This document shows, one piece after another, positions 36,354 to 41,915 of a stretch of DNA of 41,915 bases; position 1 is the stretch's first letter; each line of letters starts with the position of its first letter. Location of the stretch: NCBI GenBank assembly GCA_964423845.1, contig CAYRGU010000130.1, forward strand, positions 1-41,915. Reading direction: 5' to 3'. The notes beneath the pieces are model-generated. The model saw only the letters and a program-made list of their open reading frames with translations, ran no database searches and had not been told where the DNA came from. Position numbers and translations under genes: made by a program. The stretch comes from an uncultured Nitrospirota bacterium. GTDB lineage: Bacteria > Nitrospirota > Nitrospiria > SBBL01 > SBBT01.

Positions 36354-37222
36354 CCCCGATGCCTTAAGTCGTGTGCCGCAGCTCGGTCGACAAGCCAGAG
36401 GCACTGTCCGTGTTGCGGGCGAATCTGTTGGCAAGGGAGGGCTGTGGCGGGGGGCGCGCCTTCAAAAACCTGGGACAGGGCCGGGGCCTTGTCTTGTCCG
36501 ACCACCAGGAAAATAATGAAGCGGGCCTGATTGATGATGCAGGGGGTTAGGGTCAGGCGGTTTCCATGACGGGAGGTCACCGGTACGACCCAGCGATGGG
36601 TCTCCTGCCACGTGGCCGCGCCCCCCGCAGGGGTCGCACCCCTCGTAGGGGCCGCAGCGCTCGCAGCTCCCGCTTCCGGAAAGAGCGAGGCGGTATGTCC
36701 ATCCGCCCCCATGCCAAGGAGCACCAGATCAAACGCGGGCGGGGTTGCGCCCCTGGCAGGGGTTGCGCCACCCGCCGGGGTCGCACCCCTCGTAGGGGTC
36801 GTTGGCCCCTCGACGGAAGAGGGCGTAAAATGCCGCTGAATGTCCGCTTCATAGCGGGACGCTGCGCCGTCTAAATCGGGGTCCTCCGCTTCCATCCGGT
36901 GAATGAAGTGGGCGGGGATGCCAAGCGGTGTCAGCAGGCATTCTTTTGCCATCTGGTAGTTGCTTTCCGGATGATCCGGCGGGACGGCGCGTTCGTCGCC
37001 AAAAAAGAAGTGAGTTTTCAGCCAGTATTCTTCGTTGGGATCTCTGGCCAGCAGGGAATAGAGCCCTTTTGGGGTGGCCCCGCCCGCCAGGACAAAACGG
37101 AACGTCTCCCGCTCACGAAGCGCCTCCCTCGCGATCCGCGTCATTTGTCGGGCCGCTTCCCTAAAGACCTGATCGGGATGATTTAGGATATGGGGCGGGT
37201 TGATGGTTAGAGGGCCCTCCAT
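36350..37222 (-). CDS. pgl: 6-phosphogluconolactonase, carrying two in-frame repeat insertions
   Basis: 290 aa. FRFVLAGGATPKGLY, FFGDERAVPPDHPESNY and FDLVLLGMGADGHTASLFP are Pgl/NagB-family signatures. PTRGATPAGGATPARGATPP and APTRGATPAGGAA flank the GMGADGH block. Confidence 0.85.
   Translation of the reverse strand: MEGPLTINPPHILNHPDQVFREAARQMTRIAREALRERETFRFVLAGGATPKGLYSLLARDPNEEYWLKTHFFFGDERAVPPDHPESNYQMAKECLLTPLGIPAHFIHRMEAEDPDLDGAASRYEADIQRHFTPSSVEGPTTPTRGATPAGGATPARGATPPAFDLVLLGMGADGHTASLFPEAGAASAAAPTRGATPAGGAATWQETHRWVVPVTSRHGNRLTLTPCIINQARFIIFLVVGQDKAPALSQVFEGAPPATALPCQQIRPQHGQCLWLVDRAAAHDLRHRG
36615..36655 (-). repeat. 18-nt palindromic repeat, about 2.3 copies (block A), in frame inside pgl
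   Basis: The plus strand reads ...GGGGTCGCACCCCTCGTAGGGGCCGC. The reverse complement, GCGGCCCCTACGAGGGGTGCGACCCC, is the same unit as in trpE. Confidence 0.8.
36741..36802 (-). repeat. 18-nt palindromic repeat, about 3.4 copies (block B), in frame inside pgl
   Basis: Plus-strand units: GGGGTTGCGCCCCTGGCA / GGGGTTGCGCCACCCGCC / GGGGTCGCACCCCTCGTA / GGGGTCGT. Confidence 0.8.
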
Positions 37223-38736
37223 TTACGACCCGTGGCCTCGATTAACCGATCGGCCTCAACGGGGCCTGGACTTCCCGCAGTATATTCAGGCAGCCATCGG
37301 GTTCCGTGTGTCGCCCACCCTTGCAGAATGCCGGTAATCCATTTCCATGAGGCCTCCACTTCGTCCCGGCGCATAAACAGGGTGGAATCGCCGTTCATCA
37401 CATCGAGGAGGAGTCGCTCATAGGCCTCTGGGGAGGCGGCTGTATTGCCATATTGATAGGCCATCTCCACGGGCTGCATCATCACCTTGGACCCCGTTTT
37501 CTTGGAGATCATGCTTAGAGAAAATCCTTCTTCCGGCTGGATGCGGAGTGTTAAGACGTTGGGAGATAACGGGACAGCGCGGTTGGCGTTAAAGAGGACC
37601 GACGGGACCTCCTTGAACTGGACAGAGATCTCGGTGGCCCGTTTGGAAAGTCGCTTGCCGGTGCGCAGATAAAAGGGAACGCCAGCCCATCGCCAGTTGT
37701 CGATAAAAACCTGCAAGGCGACAAAGGTTTCCGTCGTGGAGTCTGGTTTCACCCCACTTTCACGGCGATAGCCTGGCACCTCGATGCCATTGACGATTCC
37801 CGGGATGTACTGCGCCCGGACAATCGATTCGTTCGCGGCATCAAAGAGGAGGGGTCGTAGCGATTGGAGGACGGCGAGCTTGGCATCCCGTACCACATTC
37901 GGTTCGAGCGACCAGGGCGGCTCCATGGCGACCAGACAGAGCAGTTGAAGAATATGGTTCTGGACGATATCCCGCAGGGCCCCGGCCTCCTCGTAATAAC
38001 TGGACCGCGTTTCAATCCCGGCATCCTCGCTGACGGCGATTTGAACATGATCAATATATTTGTGGTTCCAGAGCGGCTCAAAAATACCATTCGCGAATCG
38101 AAGAACCAGGAGATTTTGCACCGTCTCTTTCCCCAGATAATGATCAATCCGGAATATCTGGGATTCGTCGAAGGCCTGCCCTAACAGGCGGTTGATCTCC
38201 CGCGCGGTGGCCAGATCTCTCCCAATCGGTTTTTCCACGATAATTCGCGTGAGGGGATAATCCCCCGATGGGGGATGAATCAGCCCGGCCTTCCGCAGCC
38301 CTTCGGAGACTGCGGCGATCGAGGTCGGTGGAATGGCCAGATAGAAAATGCGATGTCCGGGAAGATGCAGGTCGGCTTCTATTTTCTCAACGCGGATTTT
38401 GAGGTCTCGATAGGTTTCAGCCGAGTTGACTTCTCCTGAAAGATAGAAGAAACGGGATTGAATCTGCTCCCACTGTTTTGGATCAAGCGCCTGGCGGGAG
38501 TGGGCAACGATTCCAGCATGCGCCTGTTGACGGAATCCCTCCTCTCCGAGGGGTTTTCTTCCAATACCCACAATGGCAAAATTTTTGGCGAGGGAGTCGT
38601 CCAGGAAAAGATTATAGACTGCGGGGATTAGTTTGCGATGGGCAAGATCCCCGGATCCCCCAAAAATAATCAATGTACAGGCCGGCGGCAGGGCGGGCCT
38701 GGCCTCTCCCTCTTCGGCCTTTTTTTCTTCTGTCAT
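37207..38736 (-). CDS. zwf: Glucose-6-phosphate 1-dehydrogenase
   Basis: 509 aa. IIFGGSGDLAHRKLIPA, the RIDHYLGKE active-site signature, and IAVSEDAGIE. Confidence 0.95.
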   Translation of the reverse strand: MTEEKKAEEGEARPALPPACTLIIFGGSGDLAHRKLIPAVYNLFLDDSLAKNFAIVGIGRKPLGEEGFRQQAHAGIVAHSRQALDPKQWEQIQSRFFYLSGEVNSAETYRDLKIRVEKIEADLHLPGHRIFYLAIPPTSIAAVSEGLRKAGLIHPPSGDYPLTRIIVEKPIGRDLATAREINRLLGQAFDESQIFRIDHYLGKETVQNLLVLRFANGIFEPLWNHKYIDHVQIAVSEDAGIETRSSYYEEAGALRDIVQNHILQLLCLVAMEPPWSLEPNVVRDAKLAVLQSLRPLLFDAANESIVRAQYIPGIVNGIEVPGYRRESGVKPDSTTETFVALQVFIDNWRWAGVPFYLRTGKRLSKRATEISVQFKEVPSVLFNANRAVPLSPNVLTLRIQPEEGFSLSMISKKTGSKVMMQPVEMAYQYGNTAASPEAYERLLLDVMNGDSTLFMRRDEVEASWKWITGILQGWATHGTRWLPEYTAGSPGPVEADRLIEATGRKWRAL

Positions 38737-39635
38737 GGTTTTTCCCCGGCGGGAAGGTGTCCGCCAAAGGCGTTGCGAAGCGCGGTAAGCAGTCGTCCGG
38801 AATAGGTGTTCTGTTGGCGGGAGCGAAAACGGGCGAAGAGCGCGGCGGTCAGGGCTGGGGTGGGAATATTCTGACGCAGGGCCTCCTCAATCATCCAGCG
38901 CCCTTCCCCAGAGTCCTCCACGGTATCAGAAAGTTGGGTGAGATGGGGGGTGCGGGAAAGGACCCCGGCCGTAAGCTCCAGAAGCCATGAACGGACCACG
39001 CTCCCCTGCATCCAGAGTTTCGAGATCCGGGCCAGGTCGAGGGCATACCCGCTTTGGGCCATCAGCTCAAAGCCTTCGGCATATCCCTGCATGAGGCTGT
39101 ATTCGATGCCATTATGAACCATCTTGACGTAATGGCCGGCACCCGGGCCCCCGACGTGGGCCCATCCATTTTCCGGCGCCAGCGTGGTGAAAATGGGCGT
39201 AAGAGACGAAACGGGATCAGGGGCCCCACCCACCATCAGACAGTACCCATTTTTTAACCCCCACACCCCGCCGCTTGTGCCCACATCAATGTAATGGATT
39301 CCCTGGCCGGCGAGATGTCTGGCCCGGAGAACATCCTCTTGAAAATGGGTATTTCCCCCATCAATCAAGAGGTCTCCTGCGCCAAGCAGCGTGGCGAGTG
39401 TATCCAGGGTGGATTGTGTGGGCGCGCCCGCAGGCACCATGGTCCAGATGGCTCGCGGGGGAGCAAGCGACGCGGCCATCTCTTTTAATGAAGCGGTGCC
39501 GATCCCTCCCGACCGAGTGGCCTCTTGAATGAGGGCGCTGTTCTGATCGTATACTAAAACAGTATGTCCGCCCTGGATCAGACGTTTGACCATGTTCATT
39601 CCCATTTTGCCCAGGCCGACAAACCCGATCTTCAT
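38733..39635 (-). CDS. gnd: 6-phosphogluconate dehydrogenase, decarboxylating (short about 300-aa Gnd/YqeC-like form)
   Basis: MKIGFVGLGKMGMNMVKRL (Rossmann fold), DGGNTHF, GTSGGVWG and KMVHNGIEY. The ATG at 39635 overlaps the rpiB TGA (ATGA). The track ORF extends to 39800 with an Arg-rich improbable leader. Confidence 0.9.
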   Translation of the reverse strand: MKIGFVGLGKMGMNMVKRLIQGGHTVLVYDQNSALIQEATRSGGIGTASLKEMAASLAPPRAIWTMVPAGAPTQSTLDTLATLLGAGDLLIDGGNTHFQEDVLRARHLAGQGIHYIDVGTSGGVWGLKNGYCLMVGGAPDPVSSLTPIFTTLAPENGWAHVGGPGAGHYVKMVHNGIEYSLMQGYAEGFELMAQSGYALDLARISKLWMQGSVVRSWLLELTAGVLSRTPHLTQLSDTVEDSGEGRWMIEEALRQNIPTPALTAALFARFRSRQQNTYSGRLLTALRNAFGGHLPAGEKP

Positions 39636-40081
39636 GTGCGCGCCGCTTCGAGACGGGTGACTTTGGCCAAACGCCGCAGGTGCCTCTCTTCCGCTGTGAA
39701 TTTTGCGAGGAGGAAGGCTTTGACGATTTCCTCGGCGTGCGCCGGGCCGATCACCCGTGCGCCCAGGGCCAAAACGTTGACGTCGTCGTGCTCCACGCAT
39801 TGGTGCGCCGAGTAGATATCATGGCAGACCCCCGCACGAATCCCCTTCATCTTGTTGGCGGCCACTGCGGCCCCCACGCCGCTTCCACACAGGAGGATGG
39901 CCCGTTCTACACCCCACTTTTGAATGGCCTTGCCGGCGGCCTCTGCGTAATCCGGGTAATCAACCGGCTCGGTGGAGTGGGTGCCAAGATCGACCACTTC
40001 ATGGCCAAGCTTCTGGATGACGGCCATGACGGTTTCTTTCAGGGGATAACCGCCATGATCGGCGGCGACAGCAACTTTCAT
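39632..40081 (-). CDS. rpiB: Ribose-5-phosphate isomerase B
   Basis: MKVAVAADHGGYPLK..., LLCGSGVGAAVAANK and RAGVCHD motifs. The ATG at 40081 overlaps the pgi TGA (ATGA). An alternative ATG at 40096 adds 5 residues. Confidence 0.9.
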   Translation of the reverse strand: MKVAVAADHGGYPLKETVMAVIQKLGHEVVDLGTHSTEPVDYPDYAEAAGKAIQKWGVERAILLCGSGVGAAVAANKMKGIRAGVCHDIYSAHQCVEHDDVNVLALGARVIGPAHAEEIVKAFLLAKFTAEERHLRRLAKVTRLEAART

Positions 40082-41871
40082 TGATTTGGACGCCATGTTT
40101 TTAAGGCCTGATGCACCCTGACGAGACCCGCATGTAAATCGTGTTGAAAATCGATCCAGACGATGCGCCGGCGACGGGCACTCAAACTCTGGAAGTCGCC
40201 CAGGGCCTGCGCAGCATTCAACGTTGCGAAACTATAAGCCTCGGAAGGGATAGAGACCTCCTCCGGGAATCGGGTGGTGATCTGAATAAACAGCCCCGTA
40301 TTGCTCCCCCCCTTGTGGAACTGTCCGGTGGAGTGAAGAAATCGTGGTCCATAACCGAGGGTGGTGGCCGCGCCTGTTTTTTCTCGAATCAGGACGCGAA
40401 TGGCTTGTAGTATTTCATGGGTCTCCGGGCGCTTTTCCACATAGGCATTGAGGGCGACATAGTCTCCGTGGTGAAACGATGAAACGAATGCCGTCAGGCC
40501 CTCTTCGAGGGTTTTGAGGGGAAAAAGTAATTTTTGACTGACGTTGCCTGCGAAAATTTTCAGGTCGGTCTCGTCAAGCAGGGGGCATTCTTCGGGGAGG
40601 CGATTCTCGATGATGAACCGGTTGAGGAGGGCCTGTGAATTGGTTTTACTCTCCTTCACATTCGGCTGGTCAAAGGGATTGATTCGCATCTGTGCGCCGG
40701 CCACGGCGGTCGCCATTTCCCAGCGAAAAAATTCCCCCCCGAGATCGGTTTTTTCGGAAAAATCAAAGTGGATCAGGGGAAATCCTGCCTGAATGAGGCG
40801 GGCGGTTGTATCGTCGAGGTGGTTTGCCTCCGAGAGGACGACAAAGAAACGGTCACGATCGTAGCCCTCTTTCGGACCGATCGGCTCTTCAACCACCGGG
40901 AGAATCCCTTTCCCGTCCTTTCCCGTGCTCTCGGCGACAAGCTGCTCGATCCAGTCTGCAAAACTTGTTAGCGCTGAAGACGTGATGAAGGTCATTTTAT
41001 CCCGACCCTGCTCCGCCATTTTTGCCATGAGGGTGCCAAGATAGACCCCCGGATTGTCATGAATGGACACTTCGGCCCCACACCGCTGACGCATCAGCGC
41101 GGCACTTTCCATGAGGCGCGCCACGTCCACGCCCATGAGGGCGGCGGGGACCATGCCAAAATGAGACAACGCGGAATAACGGCCCCCCACATCCGGCATG
41201 CCGGGGAAAATGGCTCGAAATTTATCTTCACGGGCCAGCAGTTCTAATTGGGAACCCGGATCGGTAATGGCCATAAAGTTCTCCCCGGCCTGCCCGCCTT
41301 TAATCTGTCGCATTTTGTCGTAGAAGTAGCGGTAAAAAACCGTCGGTTCAATCGTCGAGCCTGATTTGCTGGCGACGATGCAGAGCGTTTTTGACAGGTC
41401 CAACTGTTTCTCAAACCGTCTGACCTGATCGGGAACCGTACTGTCCAGGACATGAAGCGTGGGATATCCCGCCACCTGTCCGAAGGTCTTTCTCATGACC
41501 TCCGGGCAGAGGCTGCTCCCGCCCATGCCGAGCAGGAGAAGATCGGTGAACCCGGCAGAGCGGATCGATTCCGCAAATTGAAGCAGGGGGGTCGTGTCGG
41601 TCTCAAAAGAAAGCCAGCCGAGGGCATTCTGGATATTTTTCTGGTGTTCCGGCTCATCCCGCCAGAGCAGGGCATCTTTGGCCCAGAGACGGCTGATAAA
41701 ACGTGTCTCGTGGAGTTGACACAACTGGGCGTCAACATTGAGGGTTTCCAGATTATACGTTTTTTGGGAAACCAAGCGACAATAACTCCCAAGCGTGACC
41801 CAATTTCTCCCAAGAGGGCAAGCGGGTCTCTTTATGGGATAAGTATTAGCGTAGTCTTGCCGGAGAGTCAA
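40078..41871 (-). CDS. pgi: Glucose-6-phosphate isomerase
   Basis: SIS/PGI motifs: LLLGMGGSSLCPEV, IVASKSGSTIEPT, GGRYSALS and ATTLGYGPRFLHSTGQ. No transaldolase domain is fused. The true start is uncertain: the first about 35 codons look non-conserved, and an internal TTG (MVSQKTYNLE...) behind GGGAG is possible. Confidence 0.88.
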   Translation of the reverse strand: MTLRQDYANTYPIKRPACPLGRNWVTLGSYCRLVSQKTYNLETLNVDAQLCQLHETRFISRLWAKDALLWRDEPEHQKNIQNALGWLSFETDTTPLLQFAESIRSAGFTDLLLLGMGGSSLCPEVMRKTFGQVAGYPTLHVLDSTVPDQVRRFEKQLDLSKTLCIVASKSGSTIEPTVFYRYFYDKMRQIKGGQAGENFMAITDPGSQLELLAREDKFRAIFPGMPDVGGRYSALSHFGMVPAALMGVDVARLMESAALMRQRCGAEVSIHDNPGVYLGTLMAKMAEQGRDKMTFITSSALTSFADWIEQLVAESTGKDGKGILPVVEEPIGPKEGYDRDRFFVVLSEANHLDDTTARLIQAGFPLIHFDFSEKTDLGGEFFRWEMATAVAGAQMRINPFDQPNVKESKTNSQALLNRFIIENRLPEECPLLDETDLKIFAGNVSQKLLFPLKTLEEGLTAFVSSFHHGDYVALNAYVEKRPETHEILQAIRVLIREKTGAATTLGYGPRFLHSTGQFHKGGSNTGLFIQITTRFPEEVSIPSEAYSFATLNAAQALGDFQSLSARRRRIVWIDFQHDLHAGLVRVHQALKTWRPNQ

Positions 41872-41915
41872 TAGATTATTGGGATAAAACAGGCGCCGAA
41901 GCGGCCACCGGCTTT

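Overview
This 41.9-kb chromosomal segment is gene-dense and has no rRNA, tRNA, CRISPR array, transposase or integrase that I can see. All calls come from reading the six-frame translations and the DNA by eye. No database search was run, so family names are motif-level recognitions.

Gene order:
- Left part: the 3' end of a sugar transferase (+), acyl-CoA thioesterase, tldD and pmbA (+). On the minus strand: a receiver/Fis-HTH regulator, clpB and nadB.
- Next (+): a tiny bS22-like basic protein and a 76-aa protein.
- About 9.5-16.2 kb (+): a respiratory module. It has two unlisted mini membrane ORFs, an orphan CydA-like (cytochrome bd-like) polytopic protein with no cydB, and three membrane-anchored c-type cytochromes carrying five CXXCH in total. 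One cytochrome is fused to an ethylbenzene-dehydrogenase-gamma/DOMON-like haem-b domain.
- Then (+): metK, ahcY, accD and trpE-G-D-C-F-B-[GAF/HD-GYP]-A, followed by a lipoprotein plus outer-membrane beta-barrel pair.
- Right third: one minus-strand array of ten overlapping or abutting genes. These are pgi-rpiB-gnd-zwf-pgl-glk (oxidative pentose phosphate), then a TPR+beta-barrel protein, a FecR-domain protein, a CHASE2 class III nucleotide cyclase and a class-II-like cyclic-nucleotide phosphodiesterase.

Most interesting observations:
1. The bd-like oxidase/cytochrome c/DOMON module.
2. An 18-nt palindromic tandem repeat in the same reading frame inside two unrelated housekeeping genes, trpE and pgl, encoding (A/T)P(T/A)RGA repeats.
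3. A GAF-HD-GYP gene wedged between trpB and trpA and translationally coupled to trpA.
4. The envelope-sensor/cyclase/phosphodiesterase module fused onto the sugar-oxidation operon.

The bd-like oxidase context suggests a Nitrospirota-type organism, but that is only an inference.
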